From the NCBI RefSeq assembly GCF_009914755.1, contig NC_060925.1: a stretch of 64,000 nt of DNA; one strand, 5' to 3'. Positions 14,050 through 32,447 of the stretch are shown here, in pieces (within the stretch, counting starts at the first letter, position 1; the number at the start of each line of letters is the position of its first letter). The notes under the pieces were generated by a model. It searched no databases. It worked only from the letters and a program-made list of their open reading frames with translations, and was not told where the DNA came from. The translations under genes and the position numbers were made by a program. The DNA is from the human T2T-CHM13v2.0 reference genome, Homo sapiens.

Positions 14050-15215
14050 CAGTAGAAAAAAACAGTTTTTCCCATACTCTAACAACATGCTTCTGACACC
14101 AGATATGTGGGATTTTTTTCCCCATACATCAAGCAAGCAATCGATTCTGCAGCAGACACCAGTTGAGTCTCCTCCAATTCCGTTCTGGAGTTCTGGAATC
14201 TACCTGAAGTTCAGTTCTGACACTGTCTACCTGGAGTTAGCGTCAGATCCCACAGGTTGAGGGCTTGGTCCCACAAGACTGCCCCCCACATCCAGTGCCA
14301 ATTGCAAGCCACAGGTTGTTCTACCAGTGCTTTGACTGACTGTAAGTTGGGGTTCCCACAACCCCTTTCCTTGAGTTTGATTAATATACTAGAGCAGAAC
14401 ACAGGGAAATATTAATATTTACCAGTTTATTATAAAAGATATTACAAAGGATAAGTAGAAAAGATGCATAGGGCAAGGCATGTGGGAAGGAGCGCAGAGC
14501 TTCCATGCCTTCTCTAGGTGCACCACCCTCCAGAAACCTCTACATGTTCAGCTCTCTGGGTTTTGGTAGAGGCCTCATTACAGAGGCATGATCAACTAAA
14601 TCACTGGCCACTGATGATCAACTTAATTTTCAGCCCCTCTCCCCTTCCTGGAGGTTAGGTGGTAGGGCTAAAAAGTCCTGTATTAATCCGTTTTCATGCT
14701 GTTGATAAAGACATACTTGAGACTGGGCAATTTACAGAATTAAGAGGTTTAATGGACTTACAGTTCTACCTGGCTGGGGAGGCCTTACAATCACGGCAGA
14801 AGGCAAGGAGGAGCAAGTCACGTCTTACATGGATGGCAGCAGGCAAAGAGAGAGCCTGTGCAAAGAAACTCCCATTTTTAAAACTATCAGATCTTCTGAG
14901 ACCTATTCACAATCACAACAACAGCACGGGAAAGACCCGCCCCCGTGACTCAGTCATCTCCCACCAGGTTCCTCCCACAACACATGGGAATTATGGGAGC
15001 TACAAGATGAGAATTGGGCAGGGACACAGAGCCAAACGGTATCAGTCCTAAACCTCTAATCGTCTTTTACCAGCCCCCATCCTGAAGCTACACAGAAGCT
15101 GCCAGCCACCAGTCATTTCATTAGCATACAAAAAAATTATTCCTTTGGAAATCACAAGGATTTTATGAGTTTTATGCCAGGAAATGGAATGAAGACCAAG
15201 TATAGATTTTACAGT
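14050..15215. mobile_element. MER21-like LTR interrupted by THE1
   Basis: ttctgacactgtctacctggagttagcgtcagatcccacagg and related MER21 motifs; resumes after 15044. Confidence 0.8.
14679..15044 (-). mobile_element. THE1A/B-like solo LTR nested in MER21
   Basis: TG...CA ends, THE1 sequence, GTCC duplicated on both sides. Confidence 0.9.
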
Positions 15216-15316
15216 ATCCAGCTATATTTCAAGGTAGTCATATTTGATGAAGTAAAATTCTTTTAAAAGAATTTCAGCTAAGAAATGCAGACTCAGATGA
15301 AATAATTAAGCTAAAC

Positions 15317-15513
15317 CTGTATAATCCAATACCGTAGCCACAAGCCACATGTGGCCACTTAAATTCATTAAATAAAACTAAAAATTGAGTTTTCAGTTTT
15401 ATTAGGCATATTTTAAGTATTCAGTAGGCCACAGGTGGCTAAGGGCTGCCATACTGGACAGTATACAGACAGAACATTTCCATTATCATATGAAGATCTG
15501 TTGGACAGCACTG
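15317..15513 (-). mobile_element. MER3-like hAT-Charlie MITE
   Basis: tccaataccgtagccacaagccacatgtggc ... gaacatttccattatc ... ttggacagcactg. Confidence 0.8.
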
Positions 15514-16494
15514 ATCCAAAGATCATTGCTGCTAAACCATTAGATAAGAGCCTTATGGGGAACTTTAAATGGTTGGATCAGGCTGATAAGACCAGAACCC
15601 ACTGATGAATCTTAACATCAAACACACACACACCCAGAGTTAACCAGTCAAACACACCAGAGGCACTATGTGCCTCATCACATGTTATAAAGAAGGGAGT
15701 GTAAGATGATACATCTATGGAAGATGTATAGGATGTATACAGCATCACCTATGAAACATTCCTGGCAGATATTTAAAGCTAATGCTTGTTCTGTTTATAG
15801 AAAATATAGGAGATGAAAGAACATGTCAAACAATATGCTTGGGTTAAAATTAGCAAAATTCAAAATACGGGAAATTTTATAGGACATAATGACCAAGTTC
15901 CTTTAACAAATAAATTTCAAGGAATAAAAAAATATTAGAAGTAGAGTAAGCATATAAGCAACAAGAGGTAAATTGGACATAATCAAAATGTAAAGTTTTT
16001 GTGCTTCAAGGACACCATCAAATTGAAAAGACCACCCACAGAATGGGAGAAAAATTTTTACAAATTGTTTATCTAATAAGAAACTTACATCAAGAATATA
16101 TATAAAGAACTCTTATAAGTCAATAATAAAAAGACAACCCAGTTTTAAACTTGGCAAACAATTGGAATAGACATTTCTCTGAAGAAGATATGCATATGCA
16201 GATGGCCAGCACACATATAAAAAGATGATCAACATCAGTATCGATCAGGGAGATGCAAATTAAAACCACAGTGAGATGCCACCTCACAGCCACTAGACTG
16301 ACTAGAATCATAAGGACAGATATTAATAAGAGTTGATGAGGGTGTGGAGAAATTGGAGTTCTCATATACAACTGGTGGGAATGTAATATGGTGCAGTCAC
16401 TTTGGAAAACATTCTATCAACTCCTTAAAAGGTTAAACATAAGTTACTATATGACCTAGGAATTCCACTCCTAGAAATATACCCAAGAGAAATG

Positions 16495-16496
<2 letters not shown>

Positions 16497-16544
<48 letters not shown>
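16497..16544. repeat. (GATA)12 tetranucleotide STR
   Basis: Read directly. Confidence 0.97.
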
Positions 16545-16546
<2 letters not shown>

Positions 16547-16664
16547 GAAACTTGTACACCAATATTCATAAAAGCATAATTCATAATAGCCAAAAAGTAG
16601 AAACAACCCTAATGTCCATCAGCTGATGAAAGGATAAATAAAATGTGTATCCATTCAATGGGAT

Positions 16665-16991
16665 TGATGTGATTTGGCTATGTCCTCACCCAAAATCTCA
16701 TCTTGAACTCTAATCCCCACATGTCCAGGTGGAGGAAATCAGATCATGGTGGTTTTTCCCATGCTGTTCTTGTGATAGTCTCACAAGAGCTGATGGTTTT
16801 ATAACCATCTGGCATTTCCCCTGCTTGCACTCATTCTCTCCTGCTGCCCTGTGAAGAGTGCCTTCCGCCACGATTGTAAGTTTCCTGAGGCTTACAGCTA
16901 TGTGGAACTGTGAGTAAATTAAACTTCTTTTCTTTATAAATTACCCAGTCTCAGGTATTTCTTCATAGTAGCATGAGAATGAACTAATACA
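16665..16991 (+). mobile_element. THE1C-like solo LTR
   Basis: TGATGTGATTTGGCT ... CTAATACA; TSD GGGAT/AGGAT. Confidence 0.88.
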
Positions 16992-18544
16992 AGGATATTA
17001 TTCCAGAAATAAAAAGAAATAAAATACTGGTACATGCTGAAATATGGATGGACTTTGAAAACATTATGCTGATTGACGTAATCCAGTATTTATTTTGGGA
17101 GAAAATGATATAAGGTATGACATTTGCTTTAAAAATAACCCAACATGGGTTTCTGTTGATGGGTGTTGAAGCTGGGTAAGAGAATATGGGGTTTCATTAC
17201 ATCGTTTTTTATAAGTTGAAAAAAGGCCCTCAAATGAGTATTATGTCAGAAGAGAGAAGACAACTTACTGATTAGAGAAGAAAGGGTTGAAAGCTTAGCT
17301 CAGAGAATGAATCAATCATGAAGCCAGTCTAAAAGGTCTAAGCAGCCAGAGGTTAGAGTAATCACACAAGTAGAGGAACTGTCTGGCCAAAGGCCGTCTT
17401 GGAACCAATGTCTATAGTGCCCTATTGTGCACCATTCTCATTTTATTTCACTGAGCTGAGAACTGAGTGAGACCTGCTGGACATTACTGATTATGGATCT
17501 GGGCAGAGATGAGCCCAGTGTTCTTTAGGAACAGTAGGGCAGATCTGGGACAAGCAGGTCTCACACAGAGAAAGGACAGAAACATCAAAGTTCAAAAGAG
17601 TTGCAGTCATGGAAAGGTTCTGTCAGGTGGGAGACTGTACATGTTTGTAGGTTATGGGGGAGGACTAGAGGAGTGAGAAAAAGTGAAAATATTGAGAGAT
17701 ACTTTTGATAATCTTGAAAAGAAAGAGGTATCTTTCACCTGCTTGGGAGGGAAGAAAAGGTTGGAAAACCACACAGCATTTTAGAGGTGGAAATAAGGGA
17801 AGTTGAGGGAGCTTAATTCAGCATTTCATTTTCTCACTAAATGTAATGATGTAAGGCTAGTATATTAGTTTTTTGCCACTGCCTGACCAAAAGTGATGGT
17901 CCCCTTTGTTGTATAATGTAAACTATCAAGCAATCGGCTATCTCATATCCATAAGGCCTGCCCACATGAAACGGGAGAGCCTATACAGGACATGTATGCC
18001 AGGGACAGGAATCTTGGTAGAACTGCCTACTACAGCCAGGTAAGGATGAGAATCTTGAATGTATGATCCCACATTGCTGGAAATGGTTCACTCCATGAAC
18101 TAAGAGATAAGGCCTTGGATAGGGAACTAGGGACCATATTGAAAACTTACCAAGAAATACGGAGAACCAAATGGGGAAGGTGCTGAAAGTCATAATCCCT
18201 CTTGAAACAGAGGGAGCAGGGGACTGAAGATGAGAAAAAGTGGGGTTTTAGTTCTGGCTCTGCCACAATCTTACTATAAAGTTTTGAGCAAATCACAAAC
18301 TTTCTGGGCCTCTCTTTCTTCAGCTATAAAATAAAGGTGATAAAATTAGAGGATTGCTAAGGTAAATAACATTTCTCTGTTACCATTATCGTATGGTACT
18401 TGTACAAGTATAGAAAAAGAATTGTAGGATATTCTTTTTCCAAATACTTTAAAGATTTGCATTATTTGTTTGGGGACTACTTAGGCATAGCCTTGCTTAA
18501 AGGTAGGGAAAAGGTAGATGATTACCACTTAAGAATGCTGCCAA

Positions 18545-18859
<315 letters not shown>

Positions 18860-18917
18860 TCATGTGGTTCTGAAATAGAATGTCATTTTATACCTTAGCT
18901 CTGGTATTTGCTGTTTT

Positions 18918-19262
18918 GTTTCTTTACTTTTTATTATTTTTTTAAAAATTATTTGTTTGTTTATTTATTTATTTTGAGACAGAGTCCTGCTTTGTCACCC
19001 AGGCTGCAGTGCAGTGGCATGTTCATGGCTCACTGCAACCTCACTCTCCTGAGCTCAAGCGGTCCTCCTGCCCTAGCATCCAAGTAGCTGGGACTACAGG
19101 CATGAACCACCGTGCCCAGCCTTGTCTCTACCTTTAATTTTTAGTAGAGATAAGGTCTCACTATATTGCCCGGGCTGGTCTGGAACTCCTGGGCTCAAGC
19201 TATCCTTCCGCCTTGGCCTCCCAAAGTCCTGGGATTACAGGTGTGAGCCACCGCACCCAGCC
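18918..19262 (-). mobile_element. AluJ-like
   Basis: Reverse Alu; flanking repeat T(G/A)GTATTTGCTGTTTT. Confidence 0.9.
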
Positions 19263-19803
19263 TAGTATTTGCTGTTTTAATCTATCTGCAATTTGTTTTA
19301 GTTCTCTGCTTTCTTGACTGTTTTAGCTTTATTATACCACATGACTCTTTTACCAAAGGTGGGATATTCTTTCAAGTCCATTCTGAATCAGATTCTGACT
19401 CTGCTTCTGTCCCTGCTTCTAGATGTAATAAATTACCCAATATCTCTTATTTTTACCTTCTCTACTTCTCAGAGATTATAATAGATACTTTTGAAGGATT
19501 TTGTGAAAATAATTGATTCTACAAAAATAGTTTTTAAAGCTACAAGTAGAAATAATTTAAATATTGCAATAAAAGTTCATTTTTTAAATTTTATTATTAT
19601 TATACTTTTAAGTTTTAGGGTACATGTGCACAATGTGCAGGTTTGTTACATATGTATACATGTGCCATGTTGGTGTGCTGCACCCATTAACTCATCATTT
19701 AGCATTAGGTATATCTCGTAATGCTATCCCTCCCCCTCCCCCCACCCCACAACAGTCCCTGGTGTGTGATGTTCCCCTTCCTGTGTCCATGTGTTCTCAT
19801 TGT

Positions 19804-23637
<3,834 letters not shown>

Positions 23638-23685
23638 TTATTTTTCGCATTAGTTGATGCAGTTTCTTCCTAGCCTTGATGGTCT

Positions 23686-24699
23686 TTACAATTTGGCATG
23701 ATTTTGCAGTCGCTGGTACCGGTTTTTCCTTTCCATGTTTAGTGCTTCCTTCAGGAGCTCTTTTAGGGCAGGCCTGGTGGTGACAAAATCTCTCAGCATT
23801 TGCTTGTCTGTAAAGTATTTTATTTCTCCTTCACTTATGAAGCTTAGTTTGGCTGGATATGAAATTCTGGGTTGAAAATTCTTTTCTTTAAGAATGTTGA
23901 ATATTGGCCCCCACTCTCTTCTGGCTTGTAGAGTTTCTGCCGAGAGATCAGCTGTTAGTCTGATGGGCTTCCCTTTGTGGGTAACCCAACTTTTCTCTCT
24001 GGCTGCCCTTAACATTTTTTCCTTCATTTCAACTTTGGTGAATCTGACAATTATGTGTCTTGGAGTTGCTCTTCTCGAGGAGTATCTTTGTGGCGTTCTC
24101 TGTATTTCCTGAATTTGAATGGCCTGCCTTGCTAGATTGGGGAAGTTCTCCTGGGTAATATCCTGCAGAGTGTTTTCCAACTTGGTTCCATTCTCCCCGT
24201 CACTTTCAGGTACACCAATCAGATGTAGATTTGGTCTTTTCACATAGTCCCATATTTCTTGGAGGCTTTGTTCCTTTCTTTTTATTCTTTTTTCTCTAAT
24301 CTTCTCTTCTCGCTTCATTTCATTCATTTCGTCTTCCATCACTGATACCCTTTCTTCCAGTTGATCACATCGGCTACCGAGGCTTGTGCATTCGTCGCGT
24401 AGTTCTCGTGCCGTGGTTTTCAGCTCCATCAGGTCCTTTAAGGACTTCTCTGCATTGGTTATTCTAGTTAGGCATTCGTCTAATTATTTTTCAAGGTTTT
24501 TAACTTCTTTGCCATTGGTTTGAATTTCTTCCTTTAGCTCAGAGTAGTTTGATCTTCTGAAGCCTTCTTCTCTCAACTCGTCAAAGTCATTCTCCGTCCA
24601 GCTTTGTTCCGTTGCTGGTGAGGAGCTGCGCTCCTTTGGAGGAGGAGAGGTGCTCTGATTTTTAGAGTTTCCAGTTTTTCTGCTCTGTTTTTTCCCCAT
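23686..24699 (-). pseudogene. L1 ORF1p, frameshifted
   Basis: ORFs 24484-24699 (MGKKQSRKTGNSK) and 23686-24429 (...YPAKLSFISEGEIKYF...HAKL). Confidence 0.95.
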
Positions 24700-25619
24700 C
24701 TTTGTGGTTTTATCTACCTTTGGTCTTTGATGATGGTGACGTACAGATGGGTTTTTGGTGTGGATGTCCTTTCTGTTTGTTAGTTTTCCTTCTAACAGTC
24801 AGGACCCTCAGCTGCAGGTCTGTTGGAGTTTGCTGGAGGCCCACTCCAGACCCTGTTTGCCTGGGTATCAGCAGCGGTGACTGCAGAACAGTGGATATTG
24901 GTGAACCGCAAATGCTGCTGCCTGATCATTTCTCTGGAAGTTTTGTCTCAGAGGAGTACCCAGCCGTGTGAGGTGTCAGTCCTCCCCTACTGGGGGTGCC
25001 TCCCAGTTAGGCTACTCGGGGCTCAGGGACCCACTTGAGGAGGCAGTCTGCCCGTTTTCAGATCTCAAGCTGTGTGCTGGGAGAACCACTACTCTCTTCA
25101 AAGCTGTCAGACAGGTACATTTAAGTGTGCAGAGGTTACTGCTGCCTTTTGTTTGTCTGTGCCCTGCCCCCAGAGGTGGAGCCTACAGAGGCAGGCAGGC
25201 CTCCTTGAAATGTGGTGGGGTCCACCCAGTTCGAGCTTCCCGGCCACTTTGTTTACCTACTCAAGCCTCAGCAATGGCGGGCACCCCTCCCCCAGCCTCA
25301 CTGCTGCCTTGCAGTTTGATCTCAGACTGCTGTGCTAGCAGTGAGTGAGGCTTTGTGGGCACAGGACCCTCCGAGCTAGGTGTGGGATATAATCTCCTGG
25401 TGTGCCATTTGTTAAGCCCATTGGAAAAGCTCAGTTATAAGGGTGGGAGTGACCTGATTTTCCAGGTGCCGGCTGTCACCCCCTTCTTTGACTAGGAAAG
25501 GGAATTCCCTGACCCCTTGTGCTTCCCAGGTGAGGCGATGCCTTGCCCTGCTTTGGCTCACACACAGTGCGGTATACCCACAAAAGTTCATTTTATTTGG
25601 CATGTTTTTTCAAAGTTTT

Positions 25620-26092
<473 letters not shown>

Positions 26093-26332
26093 GTCCAAAG
26101 TATTTTTTAATACAAGAGTCACCTAGCCAGTCCTTTAAGGTTGTCAGCTCTGTAAGTTTGCATACTTTTACTATATTATGTACTTATAAATCATATATCT
26201 GGAAGGAACCTGGGAGCTTATCTGATTCAATTCAAGCAGTGTGAAATGGTTTCAACTAAAACCACCCAGGAAGTGGCCAAACCAGGCACAAAACTATGGT
26301 CTCTGTATTCTATTCAAGTACTATTGTCATAA

Positions 26333-27285
<953 letters not shown>

Positions 27286-27289
27286 GAGT

Positions 27290-29150
27290 AAATATTTTTT
27301 AAGTGCTACTGTATGCCAGGGTTTGTGCTAGGGCCTGGTGACAGACCTGTGAATGAGAAAATAGGTATTGCTATCCAGGAAGTAACAATCGATAGGGAAG
27401 GGGGCTGGGGAGGGAAGTAGACAAGTAAACCAGCAATTCTTTGATAAACATATGCACAGAATACTTTGGGAGTACATAAGAGGATACTGTAACTGATTCT
27501 TGGGTGGTCAAGAAGAACTTCCAAAAAGAGATGCCCTGAATCCTAACAAGTAGAAACACCTAACCAGGGAAACTAGTAGGGGTAGGGAATGGACATTCTG
27601 GGCAGAGCAAACTGCATTTCCAGATGCACAGATGCACTGAAGTACAAGAACTTGGCTTGTTCTGTGAAACTGCAAATGTTCTGCATGGTTGGAGCTTGGA
27701 ATACAAGGTAGGGAGCGATTACAAGTAAGATTAGAGAGATAAGGCAGAGGCCAGTTTATGAAGGGTTTGGCATGCCGGGTTAAGGAATATAAAGTACACA
27801 CTGAAGGAAATGGCATGGGAAGTGGAGGGTGGCAGGGAATAATATAATCACATTTGAATTTGACAATGATTAATCTGAATTTAAGGAAGAAAATGGGTTG
27901 AAGCAAAGTTAAAGTCAGGGCAGGAAGACTGATTAGAAGGCTGTTGCATTAAACTAAGAGTATTAATCTATAGATTTTGTTACTGTAACAGAAACTCAAA
28001 TAACAGTGGTTTGCACAAGATAAAACTTCTTTCCTCACCTAACAGGCTGAGCATAAGCAATCCAGGGCTGGTGTAGCAGTTCAAGTGAGCCACTATGCCC
28101 AGCCCCCATTCGCCAGAATTTAGACACATGAACATTGCACAGCTGCAAGGATAGCTAGGAAATGTAGGTTTTATTTTGTCAGGCCATGTGCCCAGTTTAA
28201 AAACAGGGATTTATTACCGTAGACAAAGGGCAGGATGAACTTTAGGACCACTAGCAAGCTTCTATCATACTAACTAAGAAAAGAAAAAGACCTAAACTGA
28301 AGTAGTGGCGGTGACTTGGGCCAGTTTGAGAAGTAATTGGGAAGTTGAGTTGATAGGACTTGGCTATGGATTAGAAATGACAGGTGAGGGCCGAGATGGT
28401 GCCAAACATGATACCCAGGTTTCTGACTTGGGCACCTGGAGGGATAATGGCGAATAACATTTACTGAGCAAGAGCACAGAAGAGGGAGAAGAGATTCAGG
28501 GAATAAGTGAAGAATATAATTCAGTTTTGCACAAGCTGAGTTTAAAGTGTATGTAAGACAGGCCGGGCATGGTGGCTCACTCCTGTAATCCCAGCACTCT
28601 TTGAGGCCGAGATGGGTGGATCACTTGAGGTCAAGAGTTTGATACCAGCCTGGCCAATGTGGTGAAACCCCATCTCTACTAAAAATACAAAAATTAGCTG
28701 GGTGTAGTGGCTCATGCCTGTAATTCCAGCTACTCAGGAGGCTGAGGCAGGAGAATTGCTTGAACCTGGGAGGCAGAGGTTGCAGTGAGCCAAGATCACA
28801 CCACTGCACTCCAGTCTGAGCAACAGAGGAAGACTCCGTCTCAAAAACAAAAATAAATAAAATGAAGTGTATGCAAGGCATTCAGACAGAAATGTCCAGT
28901 AGACTGACTTTGGAATCATCAGCATGTACAGAGTGTAAGAACAGATGTTACTTAAGGTATGAGAGAAGACACAATGGGTCAACTGAGAAAAAGAAGAAAA
29001 GGCTGAGGAGAGAAACCAGATTTTTAAAGACAAAAGTGGAGAAGGAATCCCAAGGACAGGTAGAAAGGACAAGGGAAGTAGGAAAATGTGGCGATGTGTC
29101 ATAGAAGCCAAGGGAAGAGAGCTTTTCAAGAAGAGGGAACAATAAAACTT
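27290..29150. mobile_element. Fragmented L2 with interspersed old LTR pieces
   Basis: gtgctactgtatgccaggg...gtgctagg, cccaggtttctgacttggg, gaaatgtccagtagac, catagaagccaagggaagagag. Confidence 0.6.
28561..28862 (+). mobile_element. AluS
   Basis: Full Alu; TSD AAGTGTATG(T/C)AAG(A/G)CA. Confidence 0.93.
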
Positions 29151-29156
29151 AATTCA

Positions 29157-29472
29157 GTCCTGGGCGTGGTGGCTCACACCTGTAATCCCAGCAGTTTGGG
29201 AGGCCTAGGTGGGTGGATCACCTGAAGTCAGGAGTTTGAGACCAGCCTGCCCAACATGGTGAAACTCCATCTCTACTAAAAATAAAAAAATTAGCTGGGC
29301 GTGCTGGCAGGCGACTGTCGTCCAAGCTACTCGGAGGCTGAGGCGGGAGAATCGCTTGAACGCAGGAGGTGGAGGTTGCAGTGAGCCGAGATCACGCCAC
29401 TGTACCCCAGCCTGGGTGACACAGTGAGACTGTATCTCAAAAAAAAAAAAAAAAAGAAAAAGAAAAGAAAAA
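29157..29472 (+). mobile_element. AluSx-like (probable donor of the 31376-31548 copy)
   Basis: Full Alu with private variants in the right monomer. Confidence 0.93.
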
Positions 29473-29782
29473 TTGTTCAGGAGCACTGTGAAAGATATTC
29501 CCAGAAAAAAAAAAAGATGCAAAAGCTAGAGATTTCTATTGGTAGGATTATTTAGCCATTTGCTAGAGTCAGGGAACCTAAATGAGGGCAATAATGGCAC
29601 CTATTTTATTGGTTGTTGAAAGGATAAGATTAAATAATTCAGGGACTTAACACATAGTAAGGCCTCAGTGACGATTAGCTATTTCTGCTGTTGCTTTTAT
29701 GATTAGGATTGTTTAAAAATCTGTTTAATAACTACCTATACTTTACTTCCTATCCTCTGTCTCTTCCTCCTGCTGCTGCTTA

Positions 29783-29917
29783 CTTTTTTTTTTTTTTTTT
29801 CCAGAGAGAAGATCTAGCTATGTTACCCAGGCTGGATTTGACCTCCTGGGCTCAAGGGATCCTCCTACCTCAGCCCCCCACACAGCAGGGACTACAGCTG
29901 CACACCACTACCCAGCT
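29783..29917 (-). mobile_element. Monomeric/partial old Alu
   Basis: Poly(T) followed by cccaggctggatttgacctcctgggctcaag. Confidence 0.75.
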
Positions 29918-29951
29918 CCCTTCTTCATGTCTTACCTGTCCTTATTATCAC

Positions 29952-29996
29952 AGTGAATAATGCCTAATCTATTAGTGAATAATGCCTAATCTATTA
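29952..29996. repeat. Perfect 22-bp tandem duplication
   Basis: AGTGAATAATGCCTAATCTATT x2. Confidence 0.95.
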
Positions 29997-31320
29997 AGAG
30001 CTATGTGAAAAACCTAAACTCTTTCCATTTGCAACCCTTTTGGTATGGTCAAGTCAGTGGATCTGGCTATCATACAAACTCAAATCAACTACTACAAATT
30101 CAGATTGGCTAAGCAGATTCCAGCCATTTTAAAAGCTTGTCTCTGCTCTATCCTGTATCTTTCTGCATTTACATGTAACTTCACTGTGGGTGTCCTTACA
30201 GTATATATTTTTATGAGACATCAAACTTACTAAGAGTACTTTATAGCATAGTATTTAGGAACTTAGGGGTCAGAATTAAGACATTGTTACTATGTCACCT
30301 TGAGTATTTTGTTTAACTTCACAACACTTCAGTTTCCTGATCAGTTAAATAATTATGATAATACAAGACATAGTAGCATCACAGGATTATTATGGGGCCT
30401 AAATAGATAATGTATATAAAGTATTTATCACAGTGCCTGGTACAGATGTTAGCTTCTGTTACTACTCTGATTCTAGCCTCCCTAATTCTCATTCTTTTTT
30501 GGGGGTTGCAGGGGAGTTCACTGTGCTGTTTGCTATATTTCAAGCCTCAAAAGACAATGAAGTTCCCAAATGCTCTTCAAGGCAGAACAAATATAAATAA
30601 TGATTCTCACACCAAATGTGTGCAAAGTTCAAATATTGCATTAATGGTGCTTTTTATTGTGCAAATCATACGACTAACCCATCATGTCCTTTCTGTGTCA
30701 GGAAGAACATGGATGGGAATAGAAGGATCTTTGAAATCCTACCCTCTGTGTAAATCAGTATCTGTGAATTTTTCTCTTGTTAGTACTGATTTATTTACTC
30801 TTTCTGGTGTATCTGCTCTTTCCCTTAAAACCTTTATGATAAAAACATATTTGAATGCCCACTTTGTGCCTAGTATTTTGCTCCATTCTAGTAATTTAGC
30901 AGTAAATATGGCTGAGTAATGTAGACGATCACCATAGGCAGAGATGCATAAACTGAAAACTGAAGAATAGCTAGGAGTCGGCGAGGTGAAGCTAGATGCT
31001 GTGGCCTTAGATTCAGTTCTGTCTTCTCTGACCAATAAATTTGCTGTGTTCCATGAACAGCAGCTGTGGTCCATTCTCTTTTTGTGACTTTCGTGTGGCA
31101 AGTTACTTTACTTCTCTGAGCCTCAGTTTCTTTATCTATATAATAGAAATAAATAATATCTACCTCATTGAGTTAATTATAAGGATCAAATTAAATATGT
31201 ATGCAGTAAAGCACTTTCTGTAGTGTTTGGCACATGGGAAGAGTTCAATAGGTAGAAGATATTATTAATAGTTTAAGGAAAGCAGTTGGTGAGTGATTTT
31301 TAGAAATGTTCATATTTCTA

Positions 31321-31555
<235 letters not shown>

Positions 31556-32394
31556 TCAAACTGAGGCTCAGGGAAGTAAAATAACTTGCCACAGGAAAGT
31601 CACAAAAAGAGAATGGACCACATTCATCATAGTGAAAACCTTGAAACAGTCTAAGTGTCCAACAAAATTATTCATTTTGAAGTATATAAAAAGCAATGTT
31701 TTATGGCATGCCTTTTGAAGCATTAAGATCATCTCTATAATAGTATCCCTCTTATTTATTTGCATTCTGACAGCAGTCTATCTTGAGTAGAAAAGGATAG
31801 AATTACAGCATGTGCCATGGATAGCACATAGAGAGGTGTCTCACAAGGTAATGTCATCTTGTGTCTTTTTAGGGAAAATTTGGGAACCTGGGAGCTGGTT
31901 GTTTTATTGCCTCGTGGTTTCATATTAACTCTTTTAAACTGTTCCGTAAAAGTGAATATGTGCCCTTTAGATATTTTTTTTTGTTACAGCTGGCCCTTAA
32001 GTTTTGTCAGTAGAGGGTGGTGATGGGGAGACTTTGCAGGAGGAAGTGAGTTTTCCTTCCTGGTCCATGTGCTCTCTCAGCAGGTCCTACAGCATTCCCA
32101 GCTTCTCTAGCACCTGGCTTCTGTATCCAGAAGTCATCAGCTTCCCCCGGAATTGTATGAAGCACTCTGGTGAAAATTTCCCAGCAACCCAGAGGGTGAA
32201 TTTCTGGCAAGTTCTAGTGACCCCATTCCAGCAAGCTTCTTTCTACCTGTGCTGCACCACAGTGACTTATCTGCCATCCATTGAGCCACAGTGGTGCCGT
32301 CTCCAAGAAGGTCAAAATCTTAGCCATGTGGGATGGAGATGGGGTTATCCTTGGCATGCTCTCTCAGCCCTAGAAGTAGCTCTTCATATCTGCT

Positions 32395-32447
32395 ATTTCT
32401 ATATTTTAATTTCTATATTTTATTTCTATATTTTATTTCTATATTTT
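32395..32447. repeat. 13-bp minisatellite, 4 copies
   Basis: ATTTCTATATTTT x4 with one extra A. Confidence 0.9.

Larger units (their letters stand above)
15955..17080 (+). mobile_element. L1MB-type 3' remnant interrupted by (GATA)n and THE1
   Basis: gacatttctctgaagaagatatgca, gagatgcaaattaaaaccacagtgagatgccacctcac, attccactcctagaaatatacccaagagaaatgaa. Confidence 0.85.

Noticed and set aside
14770-14784. PRDM9 hotspot 13-mer in the THE1A/B LTR
   Set aside because: Minus strand reads CCTCCCCAGCCAG, which mismatches CCNCCNTNNCCNC at two specified positions.
30410-30919. 169-aa ORF (also the 157-aa ORF at 32004-32477)
   Set aside because: Starts in MIR-derived or other degenerate sequence, no recognisable homology or splice context; length compatible with chance.
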